Virus record (IMG/VR): IMGVR_UViG_3300049822_000176
Coordinates: 1 to 64,000 of that record
DNA: 64,000 nt
DNA from: a virus
Reading direction: 5' to 3' (one strand)
Under the pieces are notes generated by a model, which saw nothing but the letters and a program-made list of their open reading frames with translations, was not told the DNA's origin and did no database searches. Both the position numbers and the translations under genes were made by a program. Of the stretch, positions 34,213 through 42,710 are shown piece by piece. The first letter of the stretch is position 1, and every line of letters starts with the position of its first letter.

Positions 34213-34848
34213 TCACGAGACGGGGCGGGCGGCGTGGTGCGCGGTGTACGGCTTGCCGCAGTGCTTGCAGTTCGCGAGCCGCCGCTTGGCGTCGCTGACG
34301 CCCTGGTATTCCTTCTCGAAGCCGGGGCATCCGCGCTCCAGGACGTCGGCGTCCCGCTCCAACGTGGCCGCCGCGTCGTCGGCCCAGTCGCCGCTGTAGG
34401 TGTCGCGAACGAACTCGGCGCAGCGGCGCATGATGCGGGCGTCGTTCTGGGCGAGTGCCGCGCTGGTGTCGTCCTTCGGGGCGTCGACCGCGTGCGTGGC
34501 CTGCTGGAGCAGGTACAGGGCTCCGAGGGCGTTGCTGCCGGGGTCGTCGAGGTCGTAGCAGAGGGCGGCCAGGGCGGCGCGGGCGTGGACGGCGGGGCCT
34601 TCCAGCTCGGTGACGCGGGCGGTGAGGCGGCGGACCTCGGCGAACAGGGCGGCGATGTCTTCCGGGGCGTTCTCGATGAACTCCCCGTTGCGGGATGTCT
34701 GCGTCGGCTCCCACACGTCGGCGATCGTTTCGCCGGTGAGCGGGGCGACGATCGTGTCCGCGTCGGTGAGATGCCACGGCCCCTTGGTGGCGGCGTTGTG
34801 GCGGGCTTCGATGTCGTCGATCTGCTGCCGTTCGGGTGTCTGGTTCAT
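34213..34848 (-). CDS. Ead/Ea22-like hypothetical protein
   Basis: 211 aa, AGGAGA RBS. IEARHNAATKGPW is the motif I associate with Ead/Ea22-like phage proteins. Confidence 0.55.
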   Translation of the reverse strand: MNQTPERQQIDDIEARHNAATKGPWHLTDADTIVAPLTGETIADVWEPTQTSRNGEFIENAPEDIAALFAEVRRLTARVTELEGPAVHARAALAALCYDLDDPGSNALGALYLLQQATHAVDAPKDDTSAALAQNDARIMRRCAEFVRDTYSGDWADDAAATLERDADVLERGCPGFEKEYQGVSDAKRRLANCKHCGKPYTAHHAARPVS

Positions 34849-34874
34849 GCTGTTTTCTCCTGGTGTGATGGGCG

Positions 34875-34902
34875 GACGGTGCAGGTCAGACGGTGCAGGT
34901 CA
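34875..34902. repeat. 14-bp perfect tandem duplication (GACGGTGCAGGTCA x2)
   Basis: Read directly. The second unit contains the stop codon of 34900..35292. Confidence 0.9.
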
Positions 34903-35292
34903 GACGGGGGTGGAGGCGGTGGGCCAGCTGACGGTCGCGTCGGCGCAGTGGTCGCCGTCGTGTCCGGCTACGAGGCCGCACGTGACGTCGTCGTTGACGG
35001 CGTGACAGGTGTCGTCGTCGGGGTCGCGGTCCGGGGTGAGGCGGGCGGGGCAGAAGCGGGTGACGGATTCCCCGGCGAGGTCGACGGTCATGAACGCGCC
35101 GACGGTCAGGTCGCGGTTGGCGTGGAAGAAGCAGTCGGCGAGTTCGGGGCGGCCCTTCTCGGCGAGCGCGGGCGTCAGGTAGGGGATGGCGTGCTTGGTG
35201 ATGGTTTCGATGGCGGCGGCCCGGTCGGTGAAGTCAACGGTGAGCGGGGGGACGTTCCAGGCGGGGCCGAACTCGATCAGGTAGGTGGTCAT
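34900..35292 (-). CDS. hypothetical protein
   Basis: 130 aa ORF-track frame. Confidence 0.6.
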   Translation of the reverse strand: MTTYLIEFGPAWNVPPLTVDFTDRAAAIETITKHAIPYLTPALAEKGRPELADCFFHANRDLTVGAFMTVDLAGESVTRFCPARLTPDRDPDDDTCHAVNDDVTCGLVAGHDGDHCADATVSWPTASTPV

Positions 35293-35347
35293 CGGGTTCC
35301 TTCGGGTGTGGTGTCGGGCGCGGGACTGATCACAGGCGGCGGGCGGG

Positions 35348-35653
35348 TTAGGCGGGGGCGGGGGTGCCGCTGCCGGGGCAGGGGTTGTCGTGTGCGCCGT
35401 GTCGGCGGATGCGGCCGGTTTGGGTGGTGAGGTGTTTCAGGCCGCAGCAGGGGCACGGGGTGCGGGGCTTTGTGCTGGGTGCGCGTCGGGGGTAGGCGAG
35501 GGGCACGTACAGGCCCCATCCGCTGGACATGAGGTATTCGCCGGCGCGTTCGGCGGCACCGTGTGGGGTTTGCTGGTCGGCGGGGGTGGTGAGGCGGTAG
35601 TCGTCGAGGGCGGCGGCGATGACGGCGACCGCCGCGTCGGGGATGCCGGTCAC
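35348..35653 (-). CDS. hypothetical protein
   Basis: 101 aa from GTG 35653 (GTGA overlap), with a CPCCG...CPG motif. Confidence 0.5.
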   Translation of the reverse strand: MTGIPDAAVAVIAAALDDYRLTTPADQQTPHGAAERAGEYLMSSGWGLYVPLAYPRRAPSTKPRTPCPCCGLKHLTTQTGRIRRHGAHDNPCPGSGTPAPA

Positions 35654-36405
35654 CGGGTCTCCTCGTCGGGGAAGAGGCTGGGCTGCGGGCTGGTGTTGCC
35701 GCGGGCTTCCCACTGCTGCCGGTACCGCTCGACTTCGCCGGCGCACTCCTGTCGGGCGTGGAAGACGGCGGAGTGGTCGGGCATGTCGGGCCGCCACAGG
35801 TTGGGGCCGGGGAAGCGGGCGGCCTGTTGGCGGGTGGTGACGTATTCGCCGCAGCCGAGGCAGTGGCCGGGCGGGATGTCCATGAGGACGTCGGCGCGTG
35901 CGGCCTGCTGGTCGGCTTCCCGTTCGTTCAGTTCATGCGGGCAGGGCGGGAGTTCCCCGCAGGCGGAGCAGATCGCATAGTGCTCGGGCAGCACCTGCCA
36001 CGAGAAGTGGTACGGGCCGATGAGGTGGACCGGCTTCTCGTGCGGCTTCCCGTCCGGGGCGAGCACGACCACCATGGGGCGGCTGGACCAAGTGGCTTTC
36101 TCCGGTCGGTCGCCACGGCCCCAGCGCTCCCACGCCGCGACGGCTTCGGCGAACCCCTTCTCGTACTCGTCGTCCCACAGGTCGAGCGGGCGTTCCGCGG
36201 TCTCGATGACGCGCCAGGGCTGCCGGTCGTAGACGACGAGGACGCCCGGCTTGAGCTGGACGTAGTTGGCGAGGATCCGCTTGTCGTGGATGCGTTCTTC
36301 CTGGCGTCGCATGGCGGACGACGGTTCGCCGATGCGGTTGAGGGCGGTGAGGGGCGGGTGGAATCCGCCGTGCTTCGTGTGCTCTCGCGGGTACCAGCGG
36401 GTCAT
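35650..36405 (-). CDS. hypothetical protein
   Basis: 251 aa from ATG 36405 (ATGA overlap): MTRWYPREHTKHGGFHPP... Confidence 0.6.
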   Translation of the reverse strand: MTRWYPREHTKHGGFHPPLTALNRIGEPSSAMRRQEERIHDKRILANYVQLKPGVLVVYDRQPWRVIETAERPLDLWDDEYEKGFAEAVAAWERWGRGDRPEKATWSSRPMVVVLAPDGKPHEKPVHLIGPYHFSWQVLPEHYAICSACGELPPCPHELNEREADQQAARADVLMDIPPGHCLGCGEYVTTRQQAARFPGPNLWRPDMPDHSAVFHARQECAGEVERYRQQWEARGNTSPQPSLFPDEETR

Positions 36406-36569
36406 CGGGTGGCCCCCTTCTGTGTGATCTTGGTGAGGTGCCACCAGCCGCAGCGGCATTCGTAGGGGCGGAGGTGGCGGCCGACGGTGATCACGGCGTG
36501 GCGTCCGGCGTGGTCGGCAGCAGCGCGGGTGGCGTACCGATCCTTGGCCGGAGTCGGGCAGGTGGTCAT
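36402..36569 (-). CDS. small hypothetical protein (55 aa)
   Basis: ATG 36569 in an ATGA overlap, with a C-x-C...WWH motif. Confidence 0.45.
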   Translation of the reverse strand: MTTCPTPAKDRYATRAAADHAGRHAVITVGRHLRPYECRCGWWHLTKITQKGATR

Positions 36570-36718
36570 CGGTTGGGCTCCTTCACGGTGTGGGCTGTGA
36601 TGCGGGCGTCGTGGGATTGGACTTGGATGCGGCGGCCTTTCGGGCTCGTACACCGGCGGCCAGGCGGGGCGTGACACCACGGACAGGAGATGGCCCACTC
36701 GGGCGGGTCGCCGGTCAC
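36566..36718 (-). CDS. small zinc-finger-like protein (50 aa)
   Basis: GTG 36718 in a GTGA overlap, with a CPWCHAPPGRRC motif. Confidence 0.45.
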   Translation of the reverse strand: MTGDPPEWAISCPWCHAPPGRRCTSPKGRRIQVQSHDARITAHTVKEPNR

Positions 36719-37464
36719 GCGGGGTCCTCGACGATCTCGGCGTCGGGAATGTCGGCGGCTTCGGCTTGCTGGCGGGCGAAGAACGCGGCGGCGCGGGCTT
36801 TGATCGCCTGCTCCTGCGTGACGCGCTGCTCCACCGTCACTTCCGGAACACCCTGTGCGGCCCTCAGGCGGGCGCTGTGCGGCTTCGGGCGGGGTTTCCC
36901 CATCGGCTGCTTCTCGGATCCGCCAGGCGTCTTGCACGGGCGCCCTATGGCCGCGTGGCAGGCGGGGCAGACGACGCCGAGCGGGCCGGCGCGGCGGACG
37001 GAGTCGACTGCGGCCTCTTCGTCGGAGGTCGGGACGGTGCGGTTGCCTTCCCAGCCGCGGGCCTCCAGCTCCTCCATGAACTCGCGGGCCGGGCCGCCCT
37101 CGAGTGCGAGCCGGCCGGAGGGCGCAGCGACACGGCCCGAGGCGATCGCCTGAACCTGGCCGCGGTAGCGGGCGATGAACTCGGCTGGCGTCTCGTCCCC
37201 GATCGGCTCGTACTGGAAGTTCTCCAGACGGGCGGACCGGATCTTCGAGCGGAGCGTGCGGACGTGGTGCGGAAGGATCCACAGCTTGCCGTCGGGGTCC
37301 TTCGGGGCGGTCGTGTAGTAGGCGGCGACGGCGGCCTTGGTGTCGCCGTCGAGCGGGATGTCGTTGAGGGCTGCGGCCCATGCCAGTGCGGCACCCTGGC
37401 TGGGCTTGCGGTTGTCGAATGCCGCGCAGTGGCCGAGCAGTTCGGCTGCCTCTCGTGGATTCAT
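36715..37464 (-). CDS. hypothetical protein with CPACHAAIGRPC zinc-finger-like motif
   Basis: 249 aa. It is downstream of and coupled to the initiator-like gene. Confidence 0.6.
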   Translation of the reverse strand: MNPREAAELLGHCAAFDNRKPSQGAALAWAAALNDIPLDGDTKAAVAAYYTTAPKDPDGKLWILPHHVRTLRSKIRSARLENFQYEPIGDETPAEFIARYRGQVQAIASGRVAAPSGRLALEGGPAREFMEELEARGWEGNRTVPTSDEEAAVDSVRRAGPLGVVCPACHAAIGRPCKTPGGSEKQPMGKPRPKPHSARLRAAQGVPEVTVEQRVTQEQAIKARAAAFFARQQAEAADIPDAEIVEDPA

Positions 37465-38660
37465 GCGGAGTCCTCGGAGTGGGTGTCGTAGTCGGCGAGG
37501 GATGCGGCGACGGCGCCCCAGCCGGCGAGGTTGGTGTCGGTGCCGGGCAGCGGCTGGCCGGAGGCGATGTCGACGACGGTGCCGCCCTGGTAGGTGCCGC
37601 GGATCTTGGAGAAGGCGAACTGGAGACTGTTCGCGGTGACCGGCTTGCTCGTCTCACCGAGCTGCTCTACGGCGCGCCACAGCTCGGCGGGGTCGGTCTG
37701 GTTGGCGAGGGCGTCGGCGATCGTGGTTCGCACTTGGCGGCGCTTGTAGGAGTTGCCGCGGGCGAAGCGGTCGAGGAAGGCGTCGGTCATCCGGTCGGCG
37801 ATGGGCCTCTCGCCCGTCTGCACGACGGCGGGTTCGCTGGCTCGACCGGTGGGGGGTAGGGGGGTGTTCCCTTCCCTTCCTTTCCCTTCCTTTCCCTTCC
37901 CTTCCGTCAGTGAATGGTTCAGTGAATAAATGTCGCCGTCGGTAGCGAACAGGGACTCACTCATCAACGGAGCGTTAGATTCCTTCACTGAGTCATTCAC
38001 TGAACCGTTCACGGAAATGTCGTGCGCGTTCACTGAACGGTTCAGTGCGTCATCCACGGACGCCTCGATCCCGGCAAGACTGCTCGGCGGAACGAACTCC
38101 TCACCATCCGGCGCGCCCCGGCGGCTCTTGTGGCACGCCGCATGCGTGGCCCGGACGTTCGACGGGTGGTCGCTCCCGCCGGCCAGCTGCGGGCGGATGT
38201 GGTCGATCGCAAGGTTGTGGTCGTCGTTCACGACAGGCAGCCGCGGGATGTCGAAGCCGCAGAGCTGGCAGACCCAGCCGTCGCGGCGGGCGTACATGTC
38301 GCGGACTTTGTAGCTGCCCAGCGCGGGCGGCGGAAGCTTGGACTTCTGCGGCCGGTTGATTCGCTGGTGCTTGCGGAAGTTCACGACGACGGCCATCTGC
38401 TGGCGGGCCACGCCGCCGATGTATGGGAAGAGCAGGCCGGCGTCGGCGAGCAGGCCCATGAGGTGCTCGACGTACTTGAGGGTGACGTCGTCGTCGTACA
38501 TGAACGTCTGCGCCTTGATGTACGACGGCGTCCAGCGGAGCAGGCCTTCGTCGTCGGCCATGTTGAACGTGGAGATGAAGAGCAGCCGCGCATCGCGAGG
38601 CAGCAGCCCGACGACCTCGTCCTCCCACAGCTCAGGCTTCACAGTGCGGATGCGCGGCAT
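37461..38660 (-). CDS. replication-initiator-like DNA-binding protein with internal HNH nuclease motif
   Basis: 399 aa.
- The N terminus MPRIRTVKPELWEDE...LLFISTFNMADDEG is a pattern I associate with phage/ICE replication organiser proteins.
- DHIRPQLAGGSDHPSNVRATHAACH is the HNH motif.
- The low-complexity linker is encoded by the iteron cluster. Confidence 0.55.
   Translation of the reverse strand: MPRIRTVKPELWEDEVVGLLPRDARLLFISTFNMADDEGLLRWTPSYIKAQTFMYDDDVTLKYVEHLMGLLADAGLLFPYIGGVARQQMAVVVNFRKHQRINRPQKSKLPPPALGSYKVRDMYARRDGWVCQLCGFDIPRLPVVNDDHNLAIDHIRPQLAGGSDHPSNVRATHAACHKSRRGAPDGEEFVPPSSLAGIEASVDDALNRSVNAHDISVNGSVNDSVKESNAPLMSESLFATDGDIYSLNHSLTEGKGKEGKGREGNTPLPPTGRASEPAVVQTGERPIADRMTDAFLDRFARGNSYKRRQVRTTIADALANQTDPAELWRAVEQLGETSKPVTANSLQFAFSKIRGTYQGGTVVDIASGQPLPGTDTNLAGWGAVAASLADYDTHSEDSA
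37867..37905. repeat. 39-nt pure polypyrimidine (plus strand) CCCTTCC/TTTCCCTTCC tract
   Basis: ttcccttcccttcctttcccttcctttcccttcccttcc, read directly. It encodes EGKGKEGKGREGN in the initiator-like gene. Confidence 0.9.
37907..38047. repeat. iteron-like cluster: about 7 copies of TTCACTGA / TCAGTGAA in both orientations
   Basis: - Copies at 37907, 37919, 37984, 37996 and 38029.
- A variant at 38008.
- A partial copy at 38042 that forms the palindrome CACTGAACGGTTCAGTG.
- The local GC content is visibly lower. Confidence 0.8.
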
Positions 38661-38729
38661 TGAAGATTCCTTACGCTCGTGCGTGTCGGTAAGAAGGGCG
38701 GGCCCGTCTGTCGACGGCCCCGCAGCGGG

Positions 38730-40199
38730 CTATTGGCTGGCGAGCGGGTACTGGTCGAGCCACTGCATGCCGGGTGCGGTCCGCAGGTTGGGCTTGAGGT
38801 GGACGCGGCAGCCGGCGTCGAGTGCCTGGACAACGGTCCGGGCGACCCATTCGAAGGGCGGCGCGAACGCGGGGACGTGGCCGTCGGGCTGCCGGGTCTC
38901 GGTCTGCGCGCCGATGACGACCCAGTCGAAGACGGACAGGTCGGTGAACTCGAGCGGTTCACGGAGCGGTTCGAGGGACAGCCACTTGACGGCGACGCCG
39001 TCGATCTTCCGGAAGGCGTCTTCGGCGATGCGGACGCGCTTCTGTTCGTCGACCGACGTGCCGACCCATGCGCCGGGCGGCATGTCCAGGCCGACGTATC
39101 GGGCGGGGAACTTCGTCAGGGTGATGTACTGCCACTGCGGGTTGGCGCACATGGAGGCGTGGACCTTGCCGATCCACTCGTCGGGGACCCAGCGGCCGTA
39201 CAGGTCGGCCATGGAACAGACGAACACCCGCTGGTAGGCCGGGTCATCGCGGCGGGCGGCGGGGATGGCCGTGTTCGCGGGGGCGTCGAGACGCTCGTGG
39301 TGGAACAGTGGGGTGAAGCCGGCCGGGTAGGCGCTGCTGTAGCGCTCGTCGGTGGCGATGGCGCGGGCGTAGCAGTAGGTGCAGCCGTGCAGGCATCCGG
39401 TTACGGGGTTCCAGGACCAGGCGGCCCATGAGATTCCGGCGCCCTTGGTCTCGTTGAAGGTGGCCTTGGCCTGCGGCTCGGGGTACTTGACCTCTTCACC
39501 GGTGTGGGTGCGAAGAGTGAGGAAGGTACGGGTGGGCTTCGGTACCGGCTCGGGCTTGGGCATCGCGGCGAGGCGCTGCTTGCGCTCACGGTCGGCGCGG
39601 TCGAGGGCGATCTCTCCAGCGCGGACCTTGGCGGCGAGATCGGGCGCATCACGGACGACAGCCTTCGCCTGTTGGACCGCGCGGCCGGACGCGCCGACGA
39701 CCTTTGCCGCGCGCTCGTCCGATCGCTGCTGACGTCGAGCCTGCGGCTCAATCCACTCGCCAGCCGTGCGCAGATCTGCGCGCGTTGTATCAGCAGAAGG
39801 CGACGGTCCGGGCGGTCGATGTGACGCGTTGTGATTGCCGACCGGGGCGCCCTTCGGCTGGGCAGCGGCGTAGTACCGCTCGTACTCCAGCGCCATCAGT
39901 GCGCGTTGCCCTGCGTTGAGTTGGCGACGGGCCATGTTCTTCGACACGATCAGGTCGAGGATCATCGGCTCTGTGTAGTGCGTACCGAGCCGCTCGTAGA
40001 CCTGATCTGAGCCTGCGGCCTCACAGGCCCGGTATCGGTTGCGTCCGTCGATCAGCACGGTGCCGTCGTGGTTCAGGATGATCGGCTCGCGCAGACCGTT
40101 CTTCTTCACGTCCATGACGAGCTGACCGAACTCGTCTCCGTCGATCAGCGGAAACGCGTCCGCGAACGGGTGGACCTCGAATTCTCCGAGACGTGCCAT
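38730..40199 (-). CDS. ParB-like nuclease domain fused to DUF5131 (phage Gp37/Gp68 family, three-Cys motif)
   Basis: 489 aa from ATG 40199.
- The N terminus ...PIILNHDGTVLIDGRNRYRA is ParB/Srx-like.
- The C-terminal half reads WSWNPVTGCLHGCTYCYA...VFVCSMADLYG...ITLTKFP...WVGTSV...KWLSLEPL...DWVVIGA, which follows the PF07505 pattern. Confidence 0.75.
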   Translation of the reverse strand: MARLGEFEVHPFADAFPLIDGDEFGQLVMDVKKNGLREPIILNHDGTVLIDGRNRYRACEAAGSDQVYERLGTHYTEPMILDLIVSKNMARRQLNAGQRALMALEYERYYAAAQPKGAPVGNHNASHRPPGPSPSADTTRADLRTAGEWIEPQARRQQRSDERAAKVVGASGRAVQQAKAVVRDAPDLAAKVRAGEIALDRADRERKQRLAAMPKPEPVPKPTRTFLTLRTHTGEEVKYPEPQAKATFNETKGAGISWAAWSWNPVTGCLHGCTYCYARAIATDERYSSAYPAGFTPLFHHERLDAPANTAIPAARRDDPAYQRVFVCSMADLYGRWVPDEWIGKVHASMCANPQWQYITLTKFPARYVGLDMPPGAWVGTSVDEQKRVRIAEDAFRKIDGVAVKWLSLEPLREPLEFTDLSVFDWVVIGAQTETRQPDGHVPAFAPPFEWVARTVVQALDAGCRVHLKPNLRTAPGMQWLDQYPLASQ

Positions 40200-40462
40200 C
40201 AGTCGGCCTTTCCGTGGATGTCGCAGTGGCAGCGATGGCACACGGCGAGCAGGTTGGTGGGGACGTCGAACGCACCCCACGGCGGATAGCGCAGGTGGTG
40301 AGGCTCAGTCGGCGGCCGGTCGCCGCAGCGCTCGCATCGGCCGCCGGCTCGCTCGAACGCCGCCTTCCTGACCGCGAGGAACCGCGGGTGACGCAGGTAC
40401 TCGGCGTAGGAGCGGTACGGCTTGTCGATGCCGGGCTGCGGCGGCGCGTAGTGGCGAGTCAC
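40199..40462 (-). CDS. small HNH-type nuclease-like protein
   Basis: 87 aa from GTG 40462 (GTGA overlap): GGRCERCG...PHHLRYPPWG...LLAVCHRCHCDIH. Confidence 0.55.
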   Translation of the reverse strand: MTRHYAPPQPGIDKPYRSYAEYLRHPRFLAVRKAAFERAGGRCERCGDRPPTEPHHLRYPPWGAFDVPTNLLAVCHRCHCDIHGKAD

Positions 40463-41445
40463 GCCACGTCGTCCAAGCCGAAGAGCGTCAGGTCGCCACC
40501 GTCGTCCGGGAGGTCGCCGGGCTTCGGCGCGACCGGGCGCGGGATCATCGCGAGCCGCTGCTCGCTGCTCGCCGCCATCCACTCGCGCTCACGGCCGCGG
40601 ATCTGCTCCAGCTCCGACTTCTGAAGGAACAGGCGCAGCAGGAGGTCATCAAACTGGTGGGGCTCCTGCCGCCACCAGGCGATGCTCACGGACCGGTTGC
40701 AGTTCTTGGCGCTCTTCTTGGCGGCTTGATCGGTCTTGGCGCGCCACTCCTTGGAGGTGGCCACCAGGTAGGCCCACTGCGCTTCGTCCCGGTCGAGTGC
40801 GGCAAGCGAGAGGTCCCGGTACTCGGGCATGGCTTGTTGCTGCTCGCGGACGGTGGCGAACCAGTTGATGCGGTCGGTGATGGGGCCGCGCTTGATGCCG
40901 CCGGGGTTGCAGCCCATCGTCGACAGGCAGCGGGAGAGCCACGTCTTGGTGGCGATCTCGGCGGCAAAGGTGGGGCGCATGGCCCACTCGGTGATGGCGT
41001 TGGGGTCGTTGACGACGAACACGGCCGTGTCGCGGTCGATGTCGGTGACGTCGGCGTTGGCGCCGCTGCGGTTGTACGCCGTCACGGCCGACTCGCTGCC
41101 CGGGTGAGTCCACGTGCCCGGCCCTTCCGCGGTGTAGCCGAGGGCCGGAAGGTAGATGCCCAGGTTGCTGAGGAGACGGTCGTATGTGGCGGGCTGGATC
41201 TCGTGCAGGCGGACATGCACGGGTACCGGGCACTGAGATGCGTGGTAAGCGAGGATGCCGGGCGAGCAGGCGCGATGCCACATTTTTCCGGGGATGAGTG
41301 CGGCGTCGCCTGCGGTGAGGTCGTACCAGGTGCCGCGTTGGGCGCCGAGGTGGGCGATGGCTCCGGCCTCTTGCCCGACGATGCTCCACGTGTAGTCGTG
41401 CTTGATGGGTGTGCGCCAGCTGCGGCCGACGTTGGGCTTTGCCAT
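40459..41445 (-). CDS. TcmP-like (three-Cys-motif partner) methyltransferase-fold protein, putative
   Basis: 328 aa from ATG 41445 with GAGGAG RBS. WYDLTAGDAA, CSPGILA, VRLHEIQPATYDRLLSNL and VFVVNDPN resemble the TcmP/TIGR04474 pattern. This is from recollection. Confidence 0.5.
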   Translation of the reverse strand: MAKPNVGRSWRTPIKHDYTWSIVGQEAGAIAHLGAQRGTWYDLTAGDAALIPGKMWHRACSPGILAYHASQCPVPVHVRLHEIQPATYDRLLSNLGIYLPALGYTAEGPGTWTHPGSESAVTAYNRSGANADVTDIDRDTAVFVVNDPNAITEWAMRPTFAAEIATKTWLSRCLSTMGCNPGGIKRGPITDRINWFATVREQQQAMPEYRDLSLAALDRDEAQWAYLVATSKEWRAKTDQAAKKSAKNCNRSVSIAWWRQEPHQFDDLLLRLFLQKSELEQIRGREREWMAASSEQRLAMIPRPVAPKPGDLPDDGGDLTLFGLDDVA

Positions 41446-41551
41446 TGAGGGTCTCCTCTGCTTTTGAACATGGCTGGTTAGGGCGTCTTGGCAGCGCTGG
41501 CCTCGCACTGCCATACTACTTTAAAGGTTGGAAAGAATGGAAGGATTGGTA

Positions 41552-41884
41552 ATGACTTACACTCTGTTCATGCCTGCTGACCAGCGCATTCAGATCGCAG
41601 ATGACGGCGTCGCCGAGGTCCCGATGACCCACGCCCGGGCCGCGCTGACCGCACTCATCCGCGAGGTCAGCTGGGGCAAGCGCCCCGGCGCCTTCACGGA
41701 ACGCGGTAGCCGGGTCGCCGTGGTGATCCCGACCGAGGAATATGAGGGGCTCGCCGTACTTCGCGAACTCCGGAAGTACGTGGAGGAGCTGGAGGCCGGC
41801 ACCGCGCCAGACCACGCGCACAAGGCGCGCATCCTTGGCGAGGCCCTGGCCTTGGCGACGCGTCGCGCGCTTGATTCGTCCTGA
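41552..41884 (+). CDS. Phd/YefM-family antitoxin-like protein, no adjacent toxin
   Basis: 110 aa (alternative starts at 41528 and 41537). ...VPMTHARAALTALIREV...AFTERGSRVAVVIPTEEYEGL is the Phd/YefM N-terminal fold pattern. It is the only plus-strand gene between 29.8 and 54.3 kb. Confidence 0.65.
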   Translation: MTYTLFMPADQRIQIADDGVAEVPMTHARAALTALIREVSWGKRPGAFTERGSRVAVVIPTEEYEGLAVLRELRKYVEELEAGTAPDHAHKARILGEALALATRRALDSS

Positions 41885-41939
41885 CACGTCTCCTCCTCTC
41901 CTTCGGCCTCGCTTCGGCGGGGCCTTCGTCACGCGCGGG

Positions 41940-42080
41940 CTACTGGCCTGGGGCGCGGGTCTTCCGGGGTATGCGGCGGTCGCAGCGGATGGGGTCGGCG
42001 CATTGGGGTTTGCCGTCCCACCAGGTGGGTTTGCCTTGGGTGGGCTGTCGGCACCACTGGCAGATGGGGCGGGCGGTCAT
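41940..42080 (-). CDS. small zinc-ribbon-like protein (46 aa)
   Basis: ATG 42080 in an ATGA overlap: MTARPICQWCRQPTQGKPTWWDGKPQCADPIRCDRR... Confidence 0.45.
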   Translation of the reverse strand: MTARPICQWCRQPTQGKPTWWDGKPQCADPIRCDRRIPRKTRAPGQ

Positions 42081-42409
42081 GCGATCCGGCCGGCTTGTGC
42101 TGCGCGTGTGCCGCGCCAGGTGCGGACTCCGGAGTGGTGGGAGGTGGGCCGGTCGGAGCAGGCCCATCCGGCGGTGCGGACGTAGCCCTGCTCTTTCAGC
42201 AAGGTCATGAGCCGGCCCCAGTGGGCTTGGGGGTTGGGCGGGTCGGGGAGGCGGTGTGCGTCGGCGATCTCGTAGCAGGTGAAGGTGCGGCCCGAAGCGG
42301 CGGCGTCTACGAACTTGGGCCAGACTTCGGCGTGCCAGGTTTCGTAGTCGTCGGCTTGTGGTCGGGGTTCGGGCAGGGTGCCGTCGAGGGTCGGTTGCAC
42401 GGGTGTCAT
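42077..42409 (-). CDS. hypothetical protein
   Basis: 110 aa ORF-track frame. Confidence 0.6.
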   Translation of the reverse strand: MTPVQPTLDGTLPEPRPQADDYETWHAEVWPKFVDAAASGRTFTCYEIADAHRLPDPPNPQAHWGRLMTLLKEQGYVRTAGWACSDRPTSHHSGVRTWRGTRAAQAGRIA

Positions 42410-42430
42410 CGCGGGTCTCCTCCAGGGCGG

Positions 42431-42619
42431 TCAGGTGGTTTGGGCCTTGGCGGCGGAGACGACGGTGACGATGAGCCACAGCGACAGCCACACGGCGAGC
42501 CAGAGCCGCGCCCACAGGGGCGTGTGTCCGGTGATCGCGATGTAGGCGGCGGGCGGGATCTCCAGGGCGAGGCCGAGGAGACGGCCGCCGGTGCTGGTCT
42601 TCTGGCGGGTGGTGGTCAC
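42431..42619 (-). CDS. small membrane protein
   Basis: 62 aa with two hydrophobic segments. Confidence 0.5.
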   Translation of the reverse strand: MTTTRQKTSTGGRLLGLALEIPPAAYIAITGHTPLWARLWLAVWLSLWLIVTVVSAAKAQTT

Positions 42620-42710
42620 GGGGTGCCTTTCGGGTCGAGGGGTTCCGGGCCGGGTGTGGGGGCACCCGGCCCGGGTGGCAGCCGTGGGGGAACGGCCGCC
42701 GGAAGGGTGG

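Noticed and set aside
41516-41932. 138-aa minus-strand ORF opposite the antitoxin gene, considered as a possible toxin
   Set aside because: It is antisense to the well-formed Phd/YefM frame, R/G-rich, and has no start context.
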